Shown in pieces: positions 50,780 through 59,995 of a stretch of DNA of 64,000 bases. Both the position numbers and the translations under genes were made by a program. The notes beneath the pieces are model-generated. The model did not search any database, was not told the DNA's origin, and worked only from the letters and a program-made list of their open reading frames with translations. How positions within the stretch are numbered: the stretch's first letter is position 1; each line of letters opens with the position of its first letter. Source of the DNA: a virus; IMG/VR virus record IMGVR_UViG_3300030419_003599, positions 44,651 through 108,650 of that record; one strand, 5' to 3'.

Positions 50780-51159
50780 TCTTCCTCGCCTCCATGTAGT
50801 CTCTCATCTATCTCATCTATCCGTTCAATGAGCATCCACTCATGTTCGTTATGACAATCAAGTGAATCAATGAAAGCGTCAAAAGTGGCCTCTCGCTTAC
50901 GCAACCGCTCAACTTTCGCGAGAAGTTCATCGTAAGTATTGAGGTATCTTTTCCATGCCGCTTCATCATCTCCACATACATATTCGGTGTAGTCCATCAT
51001 CGCTGAGTCATTACCATTGACCATATTCTCAGCCCAATCGTATGCTCTAATGAGTCGTCCACGCAACCGTCCAACCTCCGCTTCTAACTTCTCGTTCTCT
51101 TTTTGTAGGTGCTTAGCCCACGCCAACCGCTTTTCTGCTATTTCATCTATCTTTATCAT
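50776..51159 (-). CDS. Hypothetical protein carrying two EV.RLR modules
   Basis: Shares DEAAWKRxLNTYDELLA with mini-protein 5 at the nucleotide level. Confidence 0.7.
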   Translation of the reverse strand: MIKIDEIAEKRLAWAKHLQKENEKLEAEVGRLRGRLIRAYDWAENMVNGNDSAMMDYTEYVCGDDEAAWKRYLNTYDELLAKVERLRKREATFDAFIDSLDCHNEHEWMLIERIDEIDERLHGGEEE

Positions 51160-51344
51160 GCCATTCCCTCCATTTTCTTCTTGTAGTCTAACATACATGG
51201 TGGATGGAAAAATATGTACCCATTCCCATCGGCGAGATTGTAAAACTGGTTGTCGGGTCTTGCTATTTGGTACGCCATGAGATAGCCATCCCCCTTGTCA
51301 CAAATTACACACTTCAATCTAAACACCACACTTCGTATATCCAT
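51156..51344 (-). CDS. Small zinc-binding protein (CVIC...HPPC)
   Basis: Coupled ORF. Confidence 0.55.
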   Translation of the reverse strand: MDIRSVVFRLKCVICDKGDGYLMAYQIARPDNQFYNLADGNGYIFFHPPCMLDYKKKMEGMA

Positions 51345-51374
51345 CCCTGTTCTTCATTCTCTATTCTGCATACT

Positions 51375-51468
51375 AATCTGTCCATTTTCATTCCTTCCTA
51401 TCTATGTTATGTACTACTCTGAATCTGCCCATTTCCATTCCTTCCTATCTATGTTATGTACTACTCTG
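51375..51468. repeat. 47-bp tandem duplication (2 mismatches)
   Basis: aatctgtccattttcattccttcctatctatgttatgtactactctg at 51375-51421 and a variant at 51422-51468. Confidence 0.92.
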
Positions 51469-51725
51469 ATGGTGAGCCTAAATGGTTCATGTTCAAACAC
51501 ACCTACATGGATAATGTCCATACCCACACCGAGGGGTGTGGTGTTGCTAGTAAGACCGTCAATCCATTGAGGGAAGTTATCACCTAAGTTTGGGAACCAA
51601 TCCTGTCTTTGCATAATCGCTAATCTCCCCTTGGCTTCATCAATATAATGTAGCGCACCTTTCCATGATGCTGTTGTTTTACCCTCTTCTGTGTTTCTTA
51701 TCCATATCCCTGTGTTCATGTCCAT
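51414..51725 (-). CDS. Hypothetical protein
   Basis: 103-aa ORF; its 3' end lies in the tandem duplication. Confidence 0.6.
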   Translation of the reverse strand: MDMNTGIWIRNTEEGKTTASWKGALHYIDEAKGRLAIMQRQDWFPNLGDNFPQWIDGLTSNTTPLGVGMDIIHVGVFEHEPFRLTIRVVHNIDRKEWKWADSE

Positions 51726-51734
51726 CTATCTCCA

Positions 51735-52010
51735 TCATTCTAGTGGGTGCTCCACATTCTTATCCCCCAAGACCCATCTTAAGCACTTAATGACCCCTTG
51801 TAACGCTTTAGCGTTAGCCACATGCCTTCTCTCGTCAGCACTCAAATCATTGAATCCTTTAGGGGGGATTCGTACTTCATGGTAGTTCTGTTTGCGCTCC
51901 GCTAGGTCAAGCATATCCTCTAACTCATCCCAAGTCCTGTTCGGGTAAGTGAATGAATCATTGGGTTTTGCGTGTTCCCAACCTAACCAATCTCCGTAAT
52001 CTTTAGTCAT
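51735..52010 (-). CDS. Hypothetical protein
   Basis: ATG overlaps the upstream stop; ends GVIKCLRWVLGD...HPLE. Confidence 0.65.
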   Translation of the reverse strand: MTKDYGDWLGWEHAKPNDSFTYPNRTWDELEDMLDLAERKQNYHEVRIPPKGFNDLSADERRHVANAKALQGVIKCLRWVLGDKNVEHPLE

Positions 52011-52756
52011 ACATACCACTCCGATACAGGAACACCTGACTCACCCATATAGAGTTCATACTCTGCCCTTTTCTCACGCTCACGGCGGGCGGCTTTGTCG
52101 TCTTTCTTCTGTTGCTCGGAGCCTTGATACTCTTCCCATTCTAAATGATGAGGGTAGGTATCAGACACCGGCTCTCCGATATGAATAACGGACACCCACC
52201 AAGTGTATGACCCATTGAAATTACTACCCCAATGTGAATAGGTCTTATACCGAGCAGTTATATCACGCTCTAACATACGACCACGGTTAGCCATAGGTAG
52301 TTCAGTTGTTCCAATTGTAACATACTTCTCCCACGCTTCTTCTAACTCATCCTTCATGGCGAGTAGTTGTTCTTCGTTTTCATGGTTGAAATAGATAGGC
52401 ACTTGAGAAGCCCATTGTGTATCAACCAACACTTCATTGATTCGGTACTTGTAAGGAACATCTATACTCGTAAGTATCTCATAGATAGCACAAAGGCGGG
52501 CGCAGGATTTGTGGTTTTCAAACCGCCACTCATCATGACCTTCCATTTCACATTGTTCAGTCTTATCCATGAGTCTCCCTGCTAATTCCTCTCGGCTTAT
52601 TGTCTCACAGAAAGCATCAATCTGTTTCATCGCTTGCTCACGATTAGGAACTACGATGTGAGTATCAGTGCATATATCTATGTTGCATTCTTCTCTGTAT
52701 TCGGGGTCATACCTTGAGCCCTGTGTGCGTTTGTTCAACTTTACTATGTATGTCAT
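52007..52756 (-). CDS. Hypothetical protein
   Basis: About 249 aa, ATGA-coupled. Confidence 0.7.
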   Translation of the reverse strand: MTYIVKLNKRTQGSRYDPEYREECNIDICTDTHIVVPNREQAMKQIDAFCETISREELAGRLMDKTEQCEMEGHDEWRFENHKSCARLCAIYEILTSIDVPYKYRINEVLVDTQWASQVPIYFNHENEEQLLAMKDELEEAWEKYVTIGTTELPMANRGRMLERDITARYKTYSHWGSNFNGSYTWWVSVIHIGEPVSDTYPHHLEWEEYQGSEQQKKDDKAARREREKRAEYELYMGESGVPVSEWYV

Positions 52757-53316
52757 ACGAACCACCCCTCATCTGGACCATCGTCCGCGTCAAACATACT
52801 CATTATTTCATCCATCATACCATCCATCATGGATGTAGCAGCCATCGCTTTGGCAGCGTGCTTATCGCGGGGCGGTAGAGATGCTAGGTCATCATGCTCC
52901 CACCAATCTTCTTCAATCCCTGCTAGAGCAAGACCGTAGGTGTGCTCGTACATCTCACCGTCATCGTTTATCATTTCCTGCACCCCTTTGTAATAAAGTC
53001 GCTTACCTTTCAACGACAATTGAGTGCAAAGCATGACTTCAACTGGTACATCCGGCATCCCAGAATCGTTCAACAAATCCTCATAAACCATTAACCATAG
53101 GCGTGGGTCAGTACTTCCATCCGTCATGAAAAGAGTGTTAATCATAGGTACGAAACCTAAGTGATGCTCGGTAGTTCGCTCCATTAGTGAATTACTAAAC
53201 TCCCTTACGCTCTCACATACTTTCAAGTAATCAAGTACCCTGTTAGATACTTTATAGCCGTCAAGTGATGAGCCTATCTCATCTATCTTGGTCATCATTT
53301 TATCCATTAAACTCAT
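52753..53316 (-). CDS. Hypothetical acidic Met-rich protein
   Basis: 187 aa, coupled. Confidence 0.7.
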   Translation of the reverse strand: MSLMDKMMTKIDEIGSSLDGYKVSNRVLDYLKVCESVREFSNSLMERTTEHHLGFVPMINTLFMTDGSTDPRLWLMVYEDLLNDSGMPDVPVEVMLCTQLSLKGKRLYYKGVQEMINDDGEMYEHTYGLALAGIEEDWWEHDDLASLPPRDKHAAKAMAATSMMDGMMDEIMSMFDADDGPDEGWFV

Positions 53317-53732
53317 ACATTCACCTCCACATTGAACCTAGTGAGGTATGTGTCGTTAAGGTATTGCTTCTCTTCATTCGTGAGTAGCCTATACCCTTTC
53401 TCCATGCTTGCCCTACAATTAATACAATGGGTTCCCTCGGCTGCCTTCTCGCCGCCACACTTACCATTGTAGTGCCAGCGAAAACCCCCAATCTTCTTGT
53501 AACCATTGAGTTCATCAAGCGGTATTTCAGTCCATCCCTCTCCCTTGTTAGGACAATCATCATACTCATTAATGCTCACAAGCACTGGCTTATACGAATT
53601 ATGATACCACACATCTTTGTAATCAACCTCACATTCATCAACCATACGAATGGCCTCTTTCTTACTGGATGCTGTCACATAATAGATGTAATCATCCACC
53701 CTTCGCTCTCTCACTACATATTCTCGTCTCAT
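53313..53732 (-). CDS. Hypothetical protein
   Basis: First ORF after promoter copy 8. Confidence 0.7.
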   Translation of the reverse strand: MRREYVVRERRVDDYIYYVTASSKKEAIRMVDECEVDYKDVWYHNSYKPVLVSINEYDDCPNKGEGWTEIPLDELNGYKKIGGFRWHYNGKCGGEKAAEGTHCINCRASMEKGYRLLTNEEKQYLNDTYLTRFNVEVNV

Positions 53733-53753
53733 TTTGCCAACTCCATTACTACT

Positions 53754-53774
53754 ATTGTTGATGGTTCTTAAAGA
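53754..53774 (-). promoter_or_regulatory. Conserved promoter motif copy 8
   Basis: + strand attgttgatggttcttaaaga. Confidence 0.8.
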
Positions 53775-53775
53775 G

Positions 53776-53913
53776 TCACTCCTCCTCCAAGCACCCTCTA
53801 CATATTATCCTAGTACCTACTACCTCTGTCTCACTGTTGTCAAACCATCGTTGGCAGGAGCAACACGGCCAAAACCTATCCTCATGCGCAGGTCCGATTG
53901 GTCTATCTCTCAT
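53776..53913 (-). CDS. 45-aa zinc-finger micro-protein (CCSC...CRGC), not in ORF track
   Basis: MRDRPIGPAHEDRFWPCCSCQRWFDNSETEVVGTRIICRGCLEEE; ATGA overlap. Confidence 0.6.
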   Translation of the reverse strand: MRDRPIGPAHEDRFWPCCSCQRWFDNSETEVVGTRIICRGCLEEE

Positions 53914-54230
53914 TTTTCATCCTCCCATCCATGCTCAGTCATATTTTTACGAACATCAGCGACTAGGTTCAATTCCTCAAGAGTAGCCCACATCATTAGC
54001 CACTCCTGTTCTATCTCACGCAACCGCTTGACCTCATCGTCTAACTCAACAACTCTGTTAGTACCCTTTAGCATAGCCCACAACTCATCCCATTCACCGT
54101 CAAACATTTCTCTCTCAATGAGAATACCATAGGTGGTCGCTACTTGACCCGAAGTGACGCTTAAACGCCCTTCGTATAGCGACACTATAATTGACGCTTC
54201 ACCTTTCTCTAACCCTTCTTTCTCACTCAT
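53910..54230 (-). CDS. Hypothetical protein with DEVKRLRE module
   Basis: Contains a repeat-B variant at about 54016. Confidence 0.65.
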   Translation of the reverse strand: MSEKEGLEKGEASIIVSLYEGRLSVTSGQVATTYGILIEREMFDGEWDELWAMLKGTNRVVELDDEVKRLREIEQEWLMMWATLEELNLVADVRKNMTEHGWEDEK

Positions 54231-54233
54231 TGT

Positions 54234-54377
54234 TCAGTCTCCCCCTCCTAGTTTAGTACCGCAGTAACATCTTCCTGCCGCACGACCAAACGGCTTAGTA
54301 TTGGGGTAAATCTTACCATCACCACCAATAGATAAAGCCCATTTCTTTCCACATTTCTCACAATCGTAACTCATCAT
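54234..54377 (-). CDS. 47-aa zinc-ribbon micro-protein (CEKC...CYC), not in ORF track
   Basis: ATGA overlap with the upstream gene; fills the gap. Confidence 0.6.
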   Translation of the reverse strand: MMSYDCEKCGKKWALSIGGDGKIYPNTKPFGRAAGRCYCGTKLGGGD

Positions 54378-54856
54378 TTACTTCCATCTCCTAGTATATC
54401 CCTCTGTATCAAAACACCTACTCTCCATAATTCCCAATCATTATGGATAGCGTCTCTAAGTTTAGTGTCCTCAAAGGTAAACAAACTCAAGTCCATCATC
54501 GCCTCGGCAGTACAGCACGCACTGCATATTTTACTACCGTTATCAAAGCGGCTTGTCCCGCCAGCGTACTCATCCCTGTTCTCATCAAGAGCGACGCTAC
54601 CTAAGCAAATAGGGCAATCACCATAACCACCATCAAAAACCATCTGCTCCAAACCATCCCTAAGCCCCTCTTCTATGTACTCACGAAGCGTGTCATTTGT
54701 ATGTCCCACCACACAGTCGGGCGACACTGATACGGTGAGTGAAATCGCTCCCCCATCGTTGTATGCGCCTGCTCGCACCTCATCTGTGCTAGGCATCCAA
54801 CTCTTACAACCACAGGAGAGCGTGTTCTCAAGATTACCCTCACTCATGTCATCCAT
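54374..54856 (-). CDS. Hypothetical zinc-binding protein (CPIC...SRFDN..ICSAC)
   Basis: 160-aa ORF. Confidence 0.65.
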   Translation of the reverse strand: MDDMSEGNLENTLSCGCKSWMPSTDEVRAGAYNDGGAISLTVSVSPDCVVGHTNDTLREYIEEGLRDGLEQMVFDGGYGDCPICLGSVALDENRDEYAGGTSRFDNGSKICSACCTAEAMMDLSLFTFEDTKLRDAIHNDWELWRVGVLIQRDILGDGSK

Positions 54857-54897
54857 ACTCCATCACTCTCCATAAAAAGGCACTATCACGAATCGGG

Positions 54898-55326
54898 TCA
54901 GCCAAGCGCACTCGGGGTACCATCGGTAAATATCCCATGCGCGGCAGCCCAATCCACCAACAACTTCACGCTAGGCGAATTGACATCTAATTGGATAAGA
55001 CCACCATCCGCGTGGTTCTTCTCCTCGCCACTCACAAGAAGGAACGCCTTGTGTGGCTCTTCTGGACTAGAAAGGTATAGTGAACATTCAAGATAGTTCT
55101 TGTTCCCTACCTCATCAACATCGTTACCTGAACGCAACACGCCTTGCTGCTCCATCAACCATTCAGTTATTGATGAGGGCACGCGTATATCCACAGCCAA
55201 ACCGTAGTTTCTATTACCATGCTCCTCTGGACCTACGCCCTGTATGTGTAGCATACTCTTCCCTCCATCACTCCATTGTCTATGTGCTTGTATTCTCATA
55301 TCCATTTCATTCATCTCCATTTCCAT
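54898..55326 (-). CDS. Hypothetical protein (start probably a downstream ATG near 55314)
   Basis: Directly after promoter copy 9. Confidence 0.65.
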   Translation of the reverse strand: MEMEMNEMDMRIQAHRQWSDGGKSMLHIQGVGPEEHGNRNYGLAVDIRVPSSITEWLMEQQGVLRSGNDVDEVGNKNYLECSLYLSSPEEPHKAFLLVSGEEKNHADGGLIQLDVNSPSVKLLVDWAAAHGIFTDGTPSALG

Positions 55327-55327
55327 T

Positions 55328-55348
55328 ATTGTTAGTGGTTCTTAAAGA
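55328..55348 (-). promoter_or_regulatory. Conserved promoter motif copy 9
   Basis: + strand attgttagtggttcttaaaga. Confidence 0.75.
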
Positions 55349-55360
55349 GAAACCCTCCAC

Positions 55361-56344
55361 TCAAAAGAGCAGGTCAAGTCCGTCATCTCCCTTCACTTCA
55401 TCCACAGGCAGAACCTGTCCTATGGTGCAGGCATCGCATATACCTACATCGGAATCGTATTCCGTATCACAAGTGTCACACTTAAACGACACCTCATCCC
55501 CATCATCAAAGACCATTTTCTCATAACAGGTATCGCATACACCAGACTGCACAGTCTTGGGGTCACAGTATTTACGGCACTCGCTACACCAACTCCCCTT
55601 ACCGGAAGGCTTGGTGGCAGCACCACCTACGAAACTATCTGACCAACCACCAAGATGACCCCAATTACCAGTCGCTCGGGCGTGGTGTAGTTTGTAGTCA
55701 CCTTCTTCAATGTCACACACCTCTGCAATGTATCTCGCTTGTGAGTCTCCTTCAACTGCTTCCTTACAATAAACATCATGGACATGGGCGAGCAGTTCAG
55801 CCAAACTTGTCCAAGGTCTTTCCTCTTCGGGCGTGAGTAAATAGATTAGGATGCTGAGTGACACACCTGTCCTGCCATGACCACCCATGCATTGAGTTGA
55901 TATTCTTTTGATTCCCTTAGTGTGTATATCTTCAACAAGGTCATACCAGAATTGAGCAGGCATAGTCTTCCCATCAATACCCTTGGGCAATCCGAAGTCC
56001 GGCCAGTCAAGAGAGATGACCACAGGTAATGGCTCACTAAACCATTGGGCAGACTTAGCATCCTGCCATCTTTCATCAAGTGGAGATGCTCCCTTACCAC
56101 TCACTATCTCGGATGGTCCAATCGCGAGGTCGGGGTAAGGTAGCATACGCCACCAACCACCACTACGACTTGAGCCGCCTGCGTAAATCTGAATGTCACC
56201 TACTGTATGGACTAGCACATTGCCAGTATGACATACCTCCTTAGTGTAAGTGTAAGTCTTGGTATTATTGTGTGCCCCGCAATAGGTGTGTCCTTTCTTA
56301 GTCTCATTCTTACATCCTAGTTTCTTGCATTTACTCATGTTCAT
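55361..56344 (-). CDS. PTP/dual-specificity-type cysteine phosphatase with Zn-finger extensions
   Basis: WPDFG general-acid loop, CMGGHGRTG (CX5R), AVE...Q motif; several CxxC pairs. Confidence 0.85.
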   Translation of the reverse strand: MNMSKCKKLGCKNETKKGHTYCGAHNNTKTYTYTKEVCHTGNVLVHTVGDIQIYAGGSSRSGGWWRMLPYPDLAIGPSEIVSGKGASPLDERWQDAKSAQWFSEPLPVVISLDWPDFGLPKGIDGKTMPAQFWYDLVEDIHTKGIKRISTQCMGGHGRTGVSLSILIYLLTPEEERPWTSLAELLAHVHDVYCKEAVEGDSQARYIAEVCDIEEGDYKLHHARATGNWGHLGGWSDSFVGGAATKPSGKGSWCSECRKYCDPKTVQSGVCDTCYEKMVFDDGDEVSFKCDTCDTEYDSDVGICDACTIGQVLPVDEVKGDDGLDLLF

Positions 56345-59139
56345 TCCTCCTCCCCTTCAACTACTAACGATGGATGCCAATTGACCATCTCTGCATACTT
56401 GGGAATGTAATTGACAATGGCATTTATGTATGCGCCTTCACCATATGTCGGTGGGTTATACTGTTCATCCCACCCATAAGATTCACAAAGGTCAATCAAG
56501 TATTGGCGATGAGCGTCATCTATGATGTAGTCTTGGAACTCTATTATGTGAGAAGCGAGGGACTCATCCATGTACCCTGTCTCAAGCGCATAGTTATGAC
56601 CGGCACTCCACGCTACAATTGCACTAGGGCAAGTAAGTTCCCATCCCTTACTCATGAGTAGGCTAGGTATCTTCATGCCAATATACTCTTTCAATACTTC
56701 TTTGGCCTTGACTTCAATCATCGCAGAATTAACTGGGTCACCAAATGCGTGGTGTGTATCGGAGTCAATCTTGTAAAATAAATCATCTGGGCTAGGTATA
56801 TGAAAATGCTTACTCCAACTACTTTTCGTCAGATTCTCGCTAGCCCAAAGGTAAGCATTCTGATAGGTTTCACCACAGAATGGTAAGTATGAATACTCAC
56901 CCATCTTCATAAAGTGTTCCCATTCCTCTGTTACATTAGTCGCAGAGTAGGGGATTGTGTTATCTATGCACGCCCCTGCCTTCTTCAAAGCATCGCTGTA
57001 TGCATCCAAGTAGTTGGAGCCTTCATAATACAGCATCACATTGTTGATGACAGCGACCGATGCTTTCTCAAGTATTGAGTGTTCAACCATAAGGGCAACA
57101 GCAGCCTTGATGTTTAGGGCTACTTCTTCTCCATGCTCCTCGCAGAGCCAACCAAATCCTTGCTTACTTAAGTACAAGGGGATGTCGGGCTGTTCAATTT
57201 CTTCCCCATCCATCTCTTTTTGGTAATCAACAAACCAACCTTCGGGATTGTCTTTATAATGCATGGCGGACATTTGAGCAATAGTAAGTGTAACCCCACC
57301 AACTTCAACGCGCTCTTGCTCACTGCGAGGCTCACGGACTTCTGGTTGAACTGACACACACCAAGGGCAAGCCCCTGTTGGGCAACTGTCATTAGGCGCC
57401 CTCTCCTCCTTCCATCCATTACTTAGGTTAGTGAGGCTACCCGCTAAGTCAAAGTCATCAGCCAAAGTGACTATGCTCTCCCATGAAGGGGAAGGAGTGT
57501 TGCGCTCAGGTACATCACTGATAGAGTAGTCGCTATCTTTGAACGCATCAATGATACTTGTCGCCAATCTATACACCCCAAAGATTTGATTGATGCCAGT
57601 CCCGTATGATTGGAATCCTTGAGTACCGTAGTCAAGCGCCCTCTTGTCTATGAACTTGTTATACAGCCAGCCTGTGTTATGCATTTGATTCTCGGTCTTA
57701 TCCGCAGCATTTTGGATGTCGTTGAAGTCACCATTCATCACTGCCACCACCAAAGACTTCACCGCTTCTGTGCAAAGCCTCCACTTCTTCCCACCAAAGG
57801 AGCCGCCTCCCCAAGAGTGGTCGTAAATATGTTCAGCCCATTCAAGGACAGCAAGCATATCTTGGTAAGGCGCAGAAGTCTCCCTCAACACTCCATAGTA
57901 TGTTTGCCTACCATCGGGAGGATTGCTGTAACCTATGAGATTGGCAAGTGCCGCTGCGATGTTAGGATTGTAACCTTGCATATTCCCACGGGAGTGGCGA
58001 ACCTCACCGATGATAGCAGCAGTGCCAGCGTTAATCATCCAACCAACATAGCATCCACCTAGGAATGCACAGATGCGAGCATCATTGAATGGGTCACCTA
58101 TGAATTGGCGGAAGAAGGTGGAGAGCCAGCCCCAATTATCTTGCCATGCTCGGCGAGCATACTCAATACCATTCATGAAGTGTGATTCGTAAGGGCTGTT
58201 GTCAAAGGATGAGAGAACATCAATGGTGTCGCCCACCTTGACTGTGGTTCCCGCCACATATACTACACCATGATGGCGAGACTGCGCCGCCGCATGAGTA
58301 AGGAGAGAACCATTCTGTTCGCACACTACGAGAGTTTTGTTCTCATTAGCCTCAAGTGTGGCCTCAAGTTTAGCCATGTCAGCATCGCTTGTGCCTGTGA
58401 CTGTAAGTATCTCGGATGCAACGCAAGCCCCATCGTCCCAGCCCTTGGGGAACCTGCCTGTGAATCTCCCTTCACCATTGACACTCACCTTGCAGTTACC
58501 TAATTCATCGTGCTCTTCACAAGCACGGATTTGAGTGAGATAAGCAGCACCGTTTTCAAGCATATTGTGGTACACTTTCTTATCGGTTGAGTTCCACACG
58601 AACTCAAGTTCATGTTTGTTCTCATCATCTATGAAAGAGTAGGTATATGAATCCTCATTTGGATTAAGTGGGAATAGCAGTTGCCCTTCAAGACCAGCAG
58701 TAACTCCATCGTGTTCACGCCCAACCACTACATATTGACGAGGAGCGAGCACAGCAGATGCTACCGCAGGGATGAAGGGTTGTACAATCATGCAACCATC
58801 TGGGTCAATCTCCCTCATGGTGTCACGAATACGAGTGAATGTTCTTACTGAATCAGTTACGGAAGTGGATGCTGATGACTCAAGGCGCCCCGGCCTAGGT
58901 GTGAGAGGACAAGCACGAACAAATGCAGCATGGACAGGCGACTCCAAGATACTCTTGAATATACCACGCTCAACGGTAGTCATGTTATCATTGAGTAGTA
59001 AGGGGTAAGTACGCAGCGTCTTCCATGAAGAGCCAGTCAATTCTAGCAGTGCCTTAGCCTTCTGGCTACGCACCTGCTCACGGCGGTCACCACTCCTTAG
59101 TTCTATCACAAGTTCATCAGTATCTATATGCTCAGTCAT
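56341..59139 (-). CDS. PEP-utiliser/dikinase-like protein (ATP-grasp-like N-terminus, phospho-His swivel domain, large unknown C-terminus)
   Basis: FVRACP...G.LES and IVQPFI resemble the PPDK/PEPS nucleotide-binding domain; GSLLTHAAAQSRHHGV matches the GxxxHAAxxAR mobile-domain motif. Confidence 0.65.
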   Translation of the reverse strand: MTEHIDTDELVIELRSGDRREQVRSQKAKALLELTGSSWKTLRTYPLLLNDNMTTVERGIFKSILESPVHAAFVRACPLTPRPGRLESSASTSVTDSVRTFTRIRDTMREIDPDGCMIVQPFIPAVASAVLAPRQYVVVGREHDGVTAGLEGQLLFPLNPNEDSYTYSFIDDENKHELEFVWNSTDKKVYHNMLENGAAYLTQIRACEEHDELGNCKVSVNGEGRFTGRFPKGWDDGACVASEILTVTGTSDADMAKLEATLEANENKTLVVCEQNGSLLTHAAAQSRHHGVVYVAGTTVKVGDTIDVLSSFDNSPYESHFMNGIEYARRAWQDNWGWLSTFFRQFIGDPFNDARICAFLGGCYVGWMINAGTAAIIGEVRHSRGNMQGYNPNIAAALANLIGYSNPPDGRQTYYGVLRETSAPYQDMLAVLEWAEHIYDHSWGGGSFGGKKWRLCTEAVKSLVVAVMNGDFNDIQNAADKTENQMHNTGWLYNKFIDKRALDYGTQGFQSYGTGINQIFGVYRLATSIIDAFKDSDYSISDVPERNTPSPSWESIVTLADDFDLAGSLTNLSNGWKEERAPNDSCPTGACPWCVSVQPEVREPRSEQERVEVGGVTLTIAQMSAMHYKDNPEGWFVDYQKEMDGEEIEQPDIPLYLSKQGFGWLCEEHGEEVALNIKAAVALMVEHSILEKASVAVINNVMLYYEGSNYLDAYSDALKKAGACIDNTIPYSATNVTEEWEHFMKMGEYSYLPFCGETYQNAYLWASENLTKSSWSKHFHIPSPDDLFYKIDSDTHHAFGDPVNSAMIEVKAKEVLKEYIGMKIPSLLMSKGWELTCPSAIVAWSAGHNYALETGYMDESLASHIIEFQDYIIDDAHRQYLIDLCESYGWDEQYNPPTYGEGAYINAIVNYIPKYAEMVNWHPSLVVEGEEE

Positions 59140-59322
59140 TCATTCATCTCCATCACTACTATTGTTGGTGGTTCTTAAAGCGACACCACTCCCTGCCGCA
59201 CGCTTCTTCTTACCTGTCCTGAATAGGCTGTATGCTATGAATGCCCAGAAGCAGCACTCTAATACGGCGAGTGTGAGAGTTGCTCCAACTGCTGCGCCGA
59301 GTAATGTATCTATGTCAGTCAT
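59140..59322 (-). CDS. Small putative membrane protein
   Basis: Hydrophobic segment followed by KKKR; its 3' part overlaps promoter copy 10. Confidence 0.55.
   Translation of the reverse strand: MTDIDTLLGAAVGATLTLAVLECCFWAFIAYSLFRTGKKKRAAGSGVALRTTNNSSDGDE
59161..59181 (-). promoter_or_regulatory. Conserved promoter motif copy 10
   Basis: + strand attgttggtggttcttaaagc, upstream of the dikinase-like gene. Confidence 0.75.
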
Positions 59323-59504
59323 TACTTACTCACCTCATCTACGAGGTCGGAGGCGGCTCGCTCAAGTAAAGCCATGAGCATACCACTTCTTCCGTCTTGT
59401 TTGATATTATCAACCACGAAGTTATACCAATGCTTCACCCACTCTTTCTTTGTGACCCACCCCTGTGTGTGGTGTCGTTTGAGGGGTATCATAGGCTCAC
59501 TCAT
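59322..59504 (-). CDS. Hypothetical protein
   Basis: MSEPMIP start overlaps the upstream stop; GAGGTGA RBS. Confidence 0.6.
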   Translation of the reverse strand: MSEPMIPLKRHHTQGWVTKKEWVKHWYNFVVDNIKQDGRSGMLMALLERAASDLVDEVSK

Positions 59505-59749
59505 GCTATCACCTCTTGTTCTGCTAGTCTCCATTGTGAGTAACACCAAACCTCAGTACCGTGTGGAGTGTGCATCAATCGCTCATACATTCCGTCATCC
59601 AATACATCGTAGCCTTCTTTTTGCACCTCATCGCACCACTCATCAAACTCTCTCGCCTTGATGTATGTGGCTACGGGATTGTTTAGTAGTTCGCCTGTTA
59701 CAGAATGCTCAATGATTACTCTGTGTAATTTCGGGAAGTGTCTGCTCAT
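59501..59749 (-). CDS. Hypothetical protein
   Basis: MSRHFPK start overlaps the upstream stop. Confidence 0.6.
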   Translation of the reverse strand: MSRHFPKLHRVIIEHSVTGELLNNPVATYIKAREFDEWCDEVQKEGYDVLDDGMYERLMHTPHGTEVWCYSQWRLAEQEVIA

Positions 59750-59985
59750 GCGACCACCTCTTGTCTTACCCAGTGTGTCACATACATGACGGGGTAAGTG
59801 GTTTGGTCTGTATCTTCTGCGTCTGGTGTCCAACGCTCCTTCTGCTTATGCCTCGCCATCTTTGCGGCCTCTCGCCAGCAATCATAGACGCCTACTACGA
59901 ATGCTCGGCGGCTCATCTCTGCATAGTTACCCTCTTCGTGGGGGTGGCCTACCAGTACATACCTCACTGCTTGTTTGACTGTCAT
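59746..59985 (-). CDS. Hypothetical protein, probably leaderless
   Basis: ATG lies about 27 nt downstream of the TTTAAG core of promoter copy 11. Confidence 0.6.
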   Translation of the reverse strand: MTVKQAVRYVLVGHPHEEGNYAEMSRRAFVVGVYDCWREAAKMARHKQKERWTPDAEDTDQTTYPVMYVTHWVRQEVVA

Positions 59986-59995
59986 CAATACTACT

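Noticed and set aside
47101-51159. Diversity-generating retroelement or integron behind the mini-gene array
   Set aside because: No reverse transcriptase or tyrosine integrase in the window, no adenine-specific TR/VR mismatch pattern and no attC-like palindromes seen.
37163-59749. Recurrent C-terminal GEEE/EVxx tails as a protein sorting or degradation signal
   Set aside because: Explained by the next gene's GGAGG/GGTGA ribosome-binding site embedded before overlapping ATGA junctions.
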